In this document: positions 1 through 10,850 of the stretch, in pieces
Layout of the letters: every line of letters begins with the position of its first letter
Position numbering within the stretch: position 1 is the first letter of the stretch
From: Camelus dromedarius
Lineage: Eukaryota
Assembly (NCBI RefSeq): GCF_036321535.1
Contig: NC_087439.1
Coordinates: forward strand, 10,602,001-10,666,000
Direction of reading: 5' to 3'
Length of the DNA: 64,000 bases
The notes under the pieces: model-generated
The model's input: only the letters and a program-made list of their open reading frames with translations
Told to the model about the DNA's origin: nothing
Database searches by the model: none
Position numbers and translations under genes: made by a program

Positions 1-365
1 GGTCCAGTCCATCTGCATGTGGTGGACTCAGGCAGACCTAGGCGATGCTCCTTGGATGGAGAACTTGCCTTTGCCTCCTCCAGGTGCCCAGCCCGAGGCT
101 GGCTGACCTCACAGCTACCAGGGGTCACATGGCATCGAGAGCAATGGAGCTCAGGTGACTTAGAGCCACTCTTTCCCATTAGGGGCACAAGTTAATGACA
201 ATTCCAAAAACAGTCCTCCGGGACTTGCAAACACACAGGTTCCAAGAACAGGAAAGCCTGTGCCGGCCACACACACATCCAAACCAAACGACCAAGTGCC
301 TGTGTGTAAATTCTCATCTCTCCACCTTAGAAAGGATTCTTGATCTTACAAGAAAGCACCTACAG

Positions 366-372
366 ACACACA

Positions 373-414
<42 letters not shown>
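366..414. repeat. (CA)n microsatellite, one TA interruption
   Basis: Direct sequence. Confidence 0.95.
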
Positions 415-415
<1 letters not shown>

Positions 416-974
416 CCAGAGTCAGGATTTCAATTTAGCCCATGGTGAATCATGATATTTGTGTGAAGAATCAGAGAAAAAGAAAGGACAACAAAGATCT
501 AAGTCTTCTGAAAGAGAGTAAACAGCAGGCTTGCAGGGTATGGCCATTTGTTTTGGGACCCAGGATTTATCCCCCAGGGTGACACTGTGTGTCAGCAAAC
601 ATCACCACACCAGAGGCCCCAGGGGCAGAGCTGGACCCGGTGGCCAACACAGTGACCTGAGCTCACCTCCTGACCCGGCCTGGTAGACCAGGACCCAGTG
701 TACAAACCTGGCTGACAGGTAGGAATGTTCCTGGGAGTCCGGCTGGCTCTCTCGGCCCAGGAACATCATGTTATGTATTAACTCCTCTTTCGGGGAGTCA
801 CGAGGCAAGCATTTATTTACCCACCGGCTTGAGGAGGTTTTGAACAGGTAAGAAAGGAAGAGAATCAATGTTCTTCGGCCGGCCATGAGCCTGACTGCAC
901 CAGAGCCTTCCCATCTTCATTAATTTCACTTCATTAATTTCACTTCCTGTCCTTGGGCTCTGGCTGTGGATGCT

Positions 975-1230
975 TGAATGATGATGATGGTATCTCTCAT
1001 TGTACTTTGTAAAACCTTTTTAAGGGCCTTCATGTAGCATATTATTGTATCTTGTTTGGCATTTACAACAACCTCTGCTTAGGAATGGCAGCTACTGTGG
1101 TCACCTCTTTTCCTGATGAGAAAATAGAGGTCCGGGGGGTGAAGAGATTTGCCATCATAGACTTAAATGTTGAGTGTCGCAGCCAGAGCCAGACTCCAAC
1201 GGCTTGGCTCCAGGTTCTTAACATTATATC
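975..1230 (-). mobile_element. MIR SINE
   Basis: Matches reverse MIR consensus (acaacaacctct...cctgatgagaaaatagagg...ttaacattat). Confidence 0.75.
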
Positions 1231-1468
1231 CAGGATTTAGAAGAGCATCAGCTCCCAGTGCTAGAAAGGGCTCATCACATTTGGTGGAATGATTTGAGAG
1301 TCAGCTGATCTGAAAGAGCAGGACAGAGCATCTCAGGGCAGAAGGCCAAGGGGACTGGTCATTCCTGAGAGCTATGCCGGGCACTCAGCTTGGGCATCAC
1401 ACCCTGGAGCCAGAGGGTGCAGCTGTTAAGACTGGCGGGGGTGGGGTCAGGAGCAATGTGACCCTCTT

Positions 1469-1482
1469 CCACCAGGGGGCGC
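1469..1482 (+). promoter_or_regulatory. CTCF core motif
   Basis: CCACCAGGGGGCGC, a perfect consensus match; GCAAT lies 11 bp upstream. Confidence 0.7.
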
Positions 1483-3504
1483 CCCTGAGAGCTGCACCTC
1501 AGGGATCGGGGAGGGTTCCCAGTGACACAGTGTGACCTTATACCTTTGCCTCCCTGGTGTTGGTGAGCGATTGCCAAATAGGTCCATTTCCACATGTAAG
1601 TACAGCTCTGGGAGCAGGAGCAGAGGCTTGGGGGGTGGGTACCGCACGTACTGAGCATGGGGCTACTGATGGCTCTCCTTCCTCTGGTGAGAATCAGACG
1701 TCAGGATCACTGCGTAGTGTTTAGCACAATGCCTGGTGCAGGGGCGACGTGGAGAAATATTAGCTCCTTCTCTGGCCTATTCCTTGGGCTCCCTGCAAGT
1801 GGTTTTGGAGAAAAACCCCTCCCCACCAACAGTCAGCGAGGCTCATAGTTCCGTCAGTGGCCTGGGATCACCTCCCAGGCCAAGCCTAGGGAGTGGGAGA
1901 GGACAGCTTCCACGTTCTCTGGGTTCCTGGCTCCTGTGGCTCCTCGCCCTTGCCAGGCCCAGAGCAGGAGAGCACGGAGCAAGCAGGGAGAGAGCCAGGG
2001 CCTCACGTTGGGCTCCAGCTGGGCCTGCTCAATTTCTGGAGACCAGAAAATGCTAGGGCCTCCTGGCCAGGAAGAAAACCTGTCCCGAGAAGTGAGAGGG
2101 TCTGAAGGGGGATGGAAGCCCCCAGAACGAGGAATCATGGAGGACTCAAGCCAAATGCCAGAATAAAGTAATCAGTGGGGGAGGAAATGAGGCCACAGGC
2201 TGAGCTGCAGGGCCTGCCCAGCACCCAGTCACACATGCGGGCACGCACCACACTCTTCCCTCCCAGCCGCTGTTTCTCTGGCTCTGGCTGGAGTGAGGGG
2301 CAGGTGGGAGATACTGATGCCAGGAGGCCTCCTCAGAGCCAGGATCACCAGGGCTCAGCTTGGAAGATGCGTGGGGAAGAGGCAAGTCCACAGGAGGGAG
2401 GCACGCACCAGGCCGAGGGGACAGGTGGGGAAGTGGGTATCCAGGGATCCCAGAGCTCAAAGCCAGCAAGGATACGGGAAAGGGAAGTGGAGGCCCATGG
2501 GGAGGGACATCTGGGCTTTTTAAAGGCCACTCTAAGAGCAAGGAAGATCAACCACCTGTCTGAAGATGATGGACTGTGGGAGGTCTCAGTGTGTCCAAGG
2601 CCACAGAAGTGGCTCTCCCCTCCAGGGAGCCAGAACCTTCCAGACGCTCACTCGCTGGGACGTGTGGTGTTCACCACTCCGTCCCCTCAGCACTTGGAAA
2701 ATAGGATCCCCAAGTTGGGTCCAAGGTTCACATCCAGAGCAAGTGGCTGCATTAGAATTCAGATCCCCAGAACCTGCCTTCAGGGGCCTCGTATTTCCTG
2801 CCATCCTGCCCTGGGAATCTCCACCTGCCTCTGGGGACCTGATGTCAATGGACACTGATGTCATGGACCCAATAAATAAGTGTGCATTGAGCAGCTTCAG
2901 TGGGTAAAGTTGGAGCTGGGAGATTCAGGAAGGGAATTGGGAAAAGAGTGACCACAGACGTGTTTTCCACAGGGTTCCAGCTGGAGAAATGAGACGGGGA
3001 ATGTACAAAAGGTCAGGGTTGGGACAGGGGGTCATCCACCAATAGACACAAGTGCTCAATGCGACACACAAAGAGACTGGGAACTGGAAGACTGGGGCAG
3101 ACTGGCATCTCCCAGTTTTCTCTGTACTCCGTTCTGTGGCTCTGACGACGGAAATCGGGGCTCCAGCTAAGCAACGTTACTGTCACTGTGAGTCGGTCGT
3201 TCCGTTCGAGGTGGTCCTGCCCTGCCCCACCTGACCCTTGGCTGCTGAGACCTCTTGGATCTGCTCCTCTGCCCCTCTTTGGCCAAATCCCTGTTGCCAT
3301 CCGTGGCCCCCTGTCCGGGGTTTTCTAAACCCCACAACTTCTTCCTGGATTCCAGAGCTTGGCTCTACCCTGTTCCCACCCCACCCTTCTGGGATTTTAA
3401 ACCTCAAAATGCAAATGAGGGGATGCCAGGGGTGGGGGTGGGGCACCTCTCCATCACGCAGCTCCCTGTAATCCCAGTCTTGAATTTGGAACTGCTACCT
3501 TGAG

Positions 3505-3745
3505 AGAAGCAGGGAGCTGTCATGGAAAGAGCAAGGGCTGGGGGAAGGGTATAGCTTAAGTGGTAGAGCACATGCTTAGCACCCCACCCTGCCCCCGCAC
3601 CTCCTCTAAAAAATAAATAAGTAGACCTAATTACCTCCACCCCCTCCCCCAAAAAGCAAGGGCTTGGGCTCAGTCCTGGGTCAAAGGCAGGTTCTGACAC
3701 CCTCAGGTAGTCACTCTCTCCCAGCCTCAGTTTCCTTATAGAAGA
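3505..3745 (+). mobile_element. MIR interrupted by a Vic-1 insertion
   Basis: gaaagagcaagggct ... cctgggtcaaa ... cctcagtttccttata on either side of the SINE. Confidence 0.6.
3540..3654 (+). mobile_element. Vic-1 camelid tRNA-Ala-derived SINE, internally rearranged
   Basis: GGGTATAGCTTAAGTGGTAGAGCACATGCTTAGC head, CCTAATTACCTCC tail, TSD AGCAAGGGCT (3530-3539/3655-3664). Confidence 0.9.
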
Positions 3746-4052
3746 CCTGGGGGTTGGAAGTTCCTGCGTCCTGGGCTTGCTGGCAGATGGCTGAGATGAT
3801 AAGATGTTGAGATGTCAAAGGTGTTCTTCAGTAAATAGAGCCATTGTTTTCACAGCAACGCCACCCCTACCCCTGGGGGGACAAAGAGAGGGTGCACGCC
3901 TGCATTCCTCAAGTGTCCGTGGCTGGGAGCTCCCTGGGGCAGCAGGGGAAGAGGCAGCTTGCAGTTGGGGGGCCGGGGTGCAGAAAGAATTGCACCTCAA
4001 ACTCAGAGACTCATGAGCCTGGAGATTCCACCCAGAGGATCACGTGGGGACT

Positions 4053-4072
4053 GACAGACAGACAGACAGACA
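4053..4072. repeat. (GACA)5 microsatellite
   Basis: Direct sequence. Confidence 0.9.
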
Positions 4073-4290
4073 GTGGGAACAGCAGGTCGCCCGTCCTGGG
4101 GTAAACTGGCTCTCCTGCCCCCACACACCACTCTTCCCTTCATCCTGCATGGCTACACTTATGCTCAAAGCACATTCAGCTCTACTTCTCTGAATAGACT
4201 TGGAGACTTCAGAATTCAAATAATCCAGTGGTTTACACATTCTTCCCCCTGCCTCAAAATTAAATAAGGAATAAAGGAAACATAACTGCT

Positions 4291-4471
4291 TTTTTCCTAG
4301 AAATTTTTCTTTCTTTTAATTCTTTAAAGTGTTTTTATTCTTTTTTTTTTTTGTGGTGGTAATTAGATTGATTGATTTATTTATGTTTAATGAAGGTACT
4401 GGGGATTGAACCCAGGACCCTGTGCATACTAAGCAGGCACTCTACCACTGAGCTATACTCTCCCCCTGCCC
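4291..4471 (-). mobile_element. Vic-1 SINE
   Basis: tRNA-Ala-like head on minus strand, long T-rich tail, near-perfect TSD AAGGAAACATAA(C/T)TG(C/T)T (4274-4290/4472-4488). Confidence 0.9.
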
Positions 4472-6924
4472 AAGGAAACATAATTGTTGATCCATTTTGG
4501 TTGAAGAGCTAAGCCATGGGGGATTGTGGGTTGCTGTCCACAGGTCCTTCCCTCCCTCCCCCAGGCCTACCCTACTGAACCCCCAGGGTTCTGGAAAGTG
4601 AGGCGTTGAAACCACTGAACTACTCCAGCCCTTTGCTAGCTGAGTAAGCTAAGACCTGTGACCTGTGTCTCAGAAGCACATGAAGTTTGGAATAGAAGAT
4701 TATCTCGGTCTCTAATTGTTTCCTGTCTGCTAAGCTGATCTCGCTCATGAGACGGCAGGTGAAGAGGAGGTAGACTCTGTGTTCTCTCCTCCTCTGGGCT
4801 CCTCTGAGCCCTCGTCAGACTTTGCAAGAAGACTTGGTTACACCGACATGAACGGAACCAGAGTGCTGGGGCCAGCGTCTGCCCTGCTCAGGCGAATCCG
4901 GATGTCCTCGCCCGGTGGGCCGAGCATGGTGGGGTGGACACGCTCAGATGGCCCCAGGTCTGCCCCTAAGCCCTCAGAACCTCCAGCTGCCTGAGCACCA
5001 GCATCTCGAGGGAAAGCGAGGTGGTGAGATGCGATGACCATTTCTGGTTCAGGCTGACAGCAGAGCGAGAATGAGGCCTCAGGTGTGGGTACACCTGGTG
5101 TGCGGCCAGGTGAGTGCCCTGGCCTGACACGGTGGGGCTTTGGCATAGTCCAGGGGCGAGGGCACAACTCCCACTCAGGGCCGCCAGTGAAGGAGGCGTC
5201 CTCACAGGCCACACTGGGCCAAGGGCAGGGAGCCAGCATCACCGGAGGGGGCACCTGTGGAGTCCAGACCCCAAGCCAGGTGAGGGCTCTCTCATGTCTT
5301 AACTCATTCAGTCCCCTTCACAGCCCACAGGCTGGCCATTTTAATTATTCCCCTTTACAAACGTGGAAAATGCCTGTAAACATTTTCTTGCCTGATAGCA
5401 AACAACTAGTAAGCGAGGGAACCTCCATTTGAACCTAGTTCCTAGGACCCCAAAGTACAGACGGCCTGGGTCAGAGGCAGAGCAGCATTGCGGGGTGGGG
5501 AGCAAACAAGATTTTTACAGCACCTTTTGGAAACTCCTGAACCATAGACATGACTCTCGTGTGTGCAAGGAAGCCGGTCACAAGCCCAGAGAGCATTACT
5601 GACCTCAAAACAAGTCTTAGAAACCATCAGCAGAGCCAGGCCTTCGCAGCCACGGAGCAAATCTGGTTGCCTTAGAAAACTGGCCCCCATGCTAGTGGAC
5701 TGGCCGATGGAAGATGGAGTAGGAATGTGACAAGAAGTGCTTAATGGCTCTTCCCTGTAGCAGTCTCTCTTGATCTCTTCCGGGCAGAACAATGAGCAAA
5801 TTCCTTCTCCGGAGTCCGGTTTGCCCTGCTGCTCTTCAGGTCAGTCATTTGTTGAAACTAGATTTACTTGCTTTCATCCCTCGTTAGAGGCGGTCTGAAG
5901 CTGATAATACGCTCCACTGCTCGGTCCACATGGTCCCACGTGGACACCGGGGGACTTGGATGAACACCCGTGGGGACTGCACACATGGCTGGAGCGCAGG
6001 AACCCTGGATTGAGCGATTGCTCTGGACTTTTCGGCATGGTAAGCATTACTCCTGTTTGCCCTGCCACCTCCCGGGTGGCTTCTGAATGTCTGGGCGTGC
6101 TCCTATGTGTATGCTCTGCTGGGGGTCGTGGAGAGTCAGCCCTCACTCCTCCCCAGGCTGAGCATTGAGTCATAGATGGTTCAAGACAGCAGGTGGTCTA
6201 TGGTTAGTCTGTCTGTCCTGCACACTGGCCCTGCAGGCTGGTTAGATGAGTGACTGAGCCCATGGTTCAGCCCTGAGTCTCCCTCCCTTTGTGGCCTCTT
6301 CAGGGTCACCAGTGTTTCCTGAGTTCCCACGAGCTCCTCACGCCCCAGCCACTCCATGCTGCCTGCTCAGCCACAGGACAGCCATCCTGCTAACCCCACC
6401 TTGGCGCTCCCTGTCTTTGGAGGTCTTCAGATACAGATGGTCCTCTGGCAGAAATGTGAGCTAGAACCCCGGTGTCCAGTGGGGCAGGGGGGATTTGGAG
6501 ACAAAGTCATTTACAACATTGACATTCTCTGAAAGGGCTTGGAGTTTGAGTCTACCCCTTGCCCAAGAAATTGGCTGCAACTTAAGGGGAAAGGAAGAAT
6601 TAGAAGTTAATTCTACCCTTGCCATCAGCCTTGAACACCCGGTGCCCTGTCAACAGCAAGAAGGCCTCAGGGTAGACTCCTGGCCCTTCGCTCTTGGCCT
6701 TTCTCACCAGAGCTCCACATAGGCCAGGCCCAGAGCTGTCAGTTCCGTAGCCAGGGTGGGTCCAAGGAGAGGAGGGAGGCATGCACACTTCCTCTGATGG
6801 TGCAGAGAGGCCAGGTCTCTGATCCTTCTGTGAGCGGTGGGGCCTGTGGGCAGCGCGGCTCCTCCTGCAAACATGCACTGAGCCCTTCCTGCCACCACGT
6901 CCCCTCCCGTAAGCCTCACCACAG

Positions 6925-6995
6925 CTCTCTGGGAAACACCTGGCATCGGGCTAAAGCTTGATAAATATTTGTTAAATGAATGGAATTGCTCACCT
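6925..6995 (+). mobile_element. L2 LINE 3' end
   Basis: cctggcat...ataaatatttgttaaatgaatg terminus. Confidence 0.65.
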
Positions 6996-7247
6996 GAAGT
7001 GGCTTGAATAGTCAGTCACACAGGGCTACATTCCCACAAAGACCTCAACTCGGCTCCAAGTAGAGGCTGGATCTGAAGAAAGTACAGGCTTCTTCGATCC
7101 CCTCCCCACACATACCAGAGCTCCTGGGGTGCTCACCTGTGGCCAGAACTCCAGCCATGCCCCGCTTGCAGCCCACTTGTCATGCAGCAGGAGCAGGAGC
7201 AGGTCCCACCTGCCTGAAGCCATTACCCCCCAGTACCCGCTGTGGTC

Positions 7248-8518
7248 ATGAGGATCTGCTGGTAAGAGTAACTCCAGAATCCCATCAGCAGTCACAATGC
7301 CCACGGCCCTGTCAGGGAGACAGAAAGTGGCCCAGGACATCAGTGAACAAATGTTTCTCGTGTGCCTGCTCTGTGACAGGCCCCGAGAGGCCTGGCTGGG
7401 CTCCAGAGCCCGAGCATCTGGGCTGTGTGCAGAGTTGGGGGGTGGGTCCCTTAACAACATCTCCTGGGCTCCTAAATGTGAAAATCCCAGCGGTTCACAC
7501 ACACACAAACACACACACACACACACACGCCCTACACACACACACCCATGTACTTGTTTCCTCAAACAGGACTCTTGTCCCTGGGGAGTTGGCTCTGAAT
7601 GCATTTCTTCCTCATCAGCACGCGGGGTCTTAACCAGTACCCTGACCATGAATCTTGGGGCAGACTCTCATGTCCCCACCCTCACTCCCCAGCACTGAGC
7701 ATCCCTCAAGAGCCTCACTGCCTTGCCTGGAAACCTGGCCTTGGCTGGGGTCAACTGTGGAATACCAGACTTGTTCACAAGTACCCCACCATTCTACAGG
7801 TAAGCCCAGGGCCTGCAACCTGGAAGGTGGGTGAGGGACAGCCAGTCCCTGGGGGCAGATCGGGGACCCCAGCTCAGGCAGACGTCAGGACCCGGGTGCC
7901 TGCCCCCATCGGGAATGCCCGGTGCCTTCCCGTAGGTCACGCGTAGTGTTTCAGCAGGGAGAGGGCAGAGAGACCCCACCTCTGCCCTTGACAAGAAGAC
8001 AAATGGCTTCGGCGACGGAAGCAAGGCTCCTCCAAAGGGAGTCCCCAGCCTCAGCTGGGGCTGAGACGGCAGCTTCCCTCCGGTGACAGCCAGCGCTACC
8101 CAGCCCAGCAGAGCGCTGAGACCACAGGGCTCCGTCCTGGCCCATGCTTGTCGGAGGCCCCCCTTCTGGCACGTACCGGAAGCCGTGTCCGTGTGTCACC
8201 GTGCCTGGCACAGGGCTGGCTCACAGTGGGAAGGCCTGGTGGGAACACTGAAGACGCTCTAGCTCACATTCAACCCAGGTAACCTTCTCATTAACTTTGC
8301 TATTGTGGGATTCGTGGGTTTCAACACAGGAAAAATTGTGTTTCTGTCATCGGGCTGGTTTCTTTTGCTCCCACAGGATTCCTGGCCGCCAGTCAATTTG
8401 GAGACGGGCAGGTGTCAGCAGTGATCCTTCCCTGTCAGCGTCGCCACTGCCCCGCCACCGTTCAGCACATGTGGCTGAAATTCTGCCAGGCTTTTCTGCC
8501 CGTTCCTATGGGGGATAG
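7248..8518 (+). other. Candidate spliced transcript segment (exons 7248-7261, 7693-7799, 7996-8278, 8377-8518), product unrecognised
   Basis: Canonical donors CTG|GTAAGA, CAG|GTAAGC, CAG|GTAACC and pyrimidine-rich acceptors with compatible phases; no homology recognised. Confidence 0.2.
7496..7546. repeat. Imperfect (CA)n microsatellite
   Basis: Direct sequence. Confidence 0.9.
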
Positions 8519-9358
8519 TATTGGAGAGAGGAAACTGGAGGAAGGGAAGGTTAGCAGAGAGGACGGGTGGATGGCCCAGCTGGAGGGCTCTTTGCACTGA
8601 TGCCTTGAGAAGCCCGGTGAAGACAGGAGGAGGAGCCGCCCTCCCAACTGCCTTTGTGCGTGGCTGGGGGGCAGAGGCCGGTGGTGGTGGATGGGTGAGC
8701 CCCTGTGGCAGAGGCTGGCGAGGGAAGGGACGTGACCAGCCACAGCCCCCCTCACACCTGCAGGGCCAGGCCCTGTCCACAGGGAGAGGGCTCCAAGTCT
8801 CGTTTCTGCAGGAGATTTTCCTGAGCTGTGTGTCTGGCCCTACGGAGAGACTTGAGGCAGGATCAAAAGAGACCAATTGATGGAAGACCAAACCCAGGAG
8901 GGAAAGGTCTCTCTGCTCACCAAGGAATGGCTGAGGATCTTGCTGCAATGGTAGGGAAGGAGATCCGGAAGGGCCTCCAGGCCGATAGGGGAGATTCATG
9001 GAGATGAACGGCGACCGCTGACTTAACCGTGTGTCCAGGATCCCCTAACTCCCCTCACCCAGTGTGACGGCCTTGTTTGATTTCTTTCTTTTAATGAATG
9101 TAAAAATCTGCATCACGCATACAGAAAAAATGATCAGGGTGGGGCTGCAAGTTTGTTCCCCCAAACTTTGTTTCTCTTAACCTCTAAAACTCCTGGATTG
9201 GGAATTTTCCTGGGGAAGCTGCGGTGGGTGGATGTGTTTTGGGGGGAAGGGGAGCAAATCTAAGAAGACAAAAGTGTGAGTGTGAGAGAGACACCCCCCG
9301 CCTGGGGGGAGGAAGGGAGGCAGCCAGAACTTGAAGTGTGAGGGCAAGAGTACTCTCT

Positions 9359-9530
9359 GGGGGGGGAGGGTACAGCTCAGGGGTAGAGTGTGTGCTTAGC
9401 ATGCACAAGGTCCTGGGTTCAGTCCCCAGTCCCTCCATTAAAAAAATAAAATGAGTAAATAAATAAACCTAATTACCTCCCTCCGCAACAAAATAAATAA
9501 ATAAAAACAAAAATGTATTTAAAAAAAAAA
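9359..9530 (+). mobile_element. Vic-1 SINE
   Basis: GGGTACAGCTCAGGGTAGAG...GGTTCAGTCCCCAG head, A-rich linker, CCTAATTACCTCC, A tail. Confidence 0.9.
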
Positions 9531-10109
9531 GAATGTTCTCCGAGGGCTCCGCCTGCCTGGGCACCTGGAAAGAGACGGGACAAGGTCAGGGAAGGAGGCA
9601 GGGGCGGAGGAGGCAAGCCTGGAAAGGTCAGGCTAAGGAATCTGGTTTTCCTTCTAAGTTCTGTGTTTGGGTACCTATTCCCACAGTGCCTAGCACTGTG
9701 TTGGCTTGGGTGGGCCCTGAATCCAATCCATGTCAGCACATCTCCAGATGTGCGATCTCACACCCAGCCAGGCGTCCCCTTGGAGGCTGGAGCAGGGGAG
9801 CCCCAATGTGGGATTGGGGTCTTTAGAAGTCCACCCTGCCTGCTGAGTGGATAAAAGGCAAGCATCAGAGGCTACTGCTCTGCTCCAGTCAGAGACAATG
9901 AGGACCAGCAGGCAGAATCTAAAATATTGTTTAGAGGGAGACTGGCAGGAGGGTGGACTGAGCCAAAACCCAGCCTCTGTGACAATCTCTCCAAGATGCC
10001 GCAGGAAATAAGAGGCACTCATGGACCCTGAGCCTGCAGGGAAAGTTAACTAGAACTTCTGTAGAGTGAGCAGCAGGTACTTTGCAAACCCTGTGAGATT
10101 CTGTGTTTT

Positions 10110-10240
10110 GTGGGTTCTGGCCCCAGCTGTGTGACCTTGGGGAAGTGACTTTGCCTCTCTGAGATTCCTTTTTTCTCACCTTTGAACAGGCCAGAGGTGT
10201 AACAGAGGGCACCCTGCCTGTCCCCCAGGTTATGCTCAGC
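10110..10240 (+). mobile_element. MIR fragment
   Basis: cagctgtgtgaccttggggaagtgactttgcctctctgag core. Confidence 0.7.
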
Positions 10241-10694
10241 TGTGTGTTCAACCTCCCAGTGAGTCTCGGCCAGGGGGCTCCGTGCTGGACCATCCCGGCT
10301 CTGAAGCACCCTTCCCATCCCGCCTGGCGAGTCTGGGCTGGTCCGCTCAGCTTAGCAGGTGAAACCAGGTGCCCACGTTGGGCAGTGCTTCCCAGGAGTT
10401 GGCCAGAGTGTCCCCACCCTCTGACCTCACAATTCCACTGTAAATGCTGCCCCAGGGGAATGACCCGAAACAATTCCAGGGGAATGACCCGAAGCAATTC
10501 CTTTATAATGGCGAGGAATTAGAATTAACTAAAGTGTCCAGCACCAAGAGACAGTTACGCACGTGTGGTATGACCACCAGATTGAATAGCGTGCAGGTAT
10601 TAAAACTGCTGTTTGCACTGAGGGGGAAATACTTCTGTTGAGATGTTAGGTATGAGAGCTGGAACCCCACCGGTGTCTACAGAGCTAATTAAAG

Positions 10695-10850
10695 CCTGGA
10701 CTTGGCAATCAGACAGATTTTGAGTTTACCCCCTTCTCTGCCTTTTTCTTACTATGTGTGAGCCTGAATTTGTCAACATCTTGAAGCTTCAGTTTGTACA
10801 TCCATAAAATGAAACAATACTGCCTCTCTCCGAGGCTAGAGCAATGAGAG
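10695..10850 (+). mobile_element. MIR fragment
   Basis: gcttcagtttgtacatccataaaatgaaacaatactgcc core. Confidence 0.55.

Noticed and set aside
4838-5254. Minus-strand ORF ending ...DIRIRLSRADAGPSTLVPFMSV as a terminal coding exon
   Set aside because: It looked protein-like, but I recognise no family and the minus-strand acceptors are weak.
7139-7306. Minus-strand exon (AVGIVTADGILELLLP...EFWPQ) joined to a donor at 8921, or a TGA-readthrough frame
   Set aside because: Phase-compatible but unrecognised. I saw no start context or SECIS evidence, and it conflicts with the denser plus-strand splice pattern.
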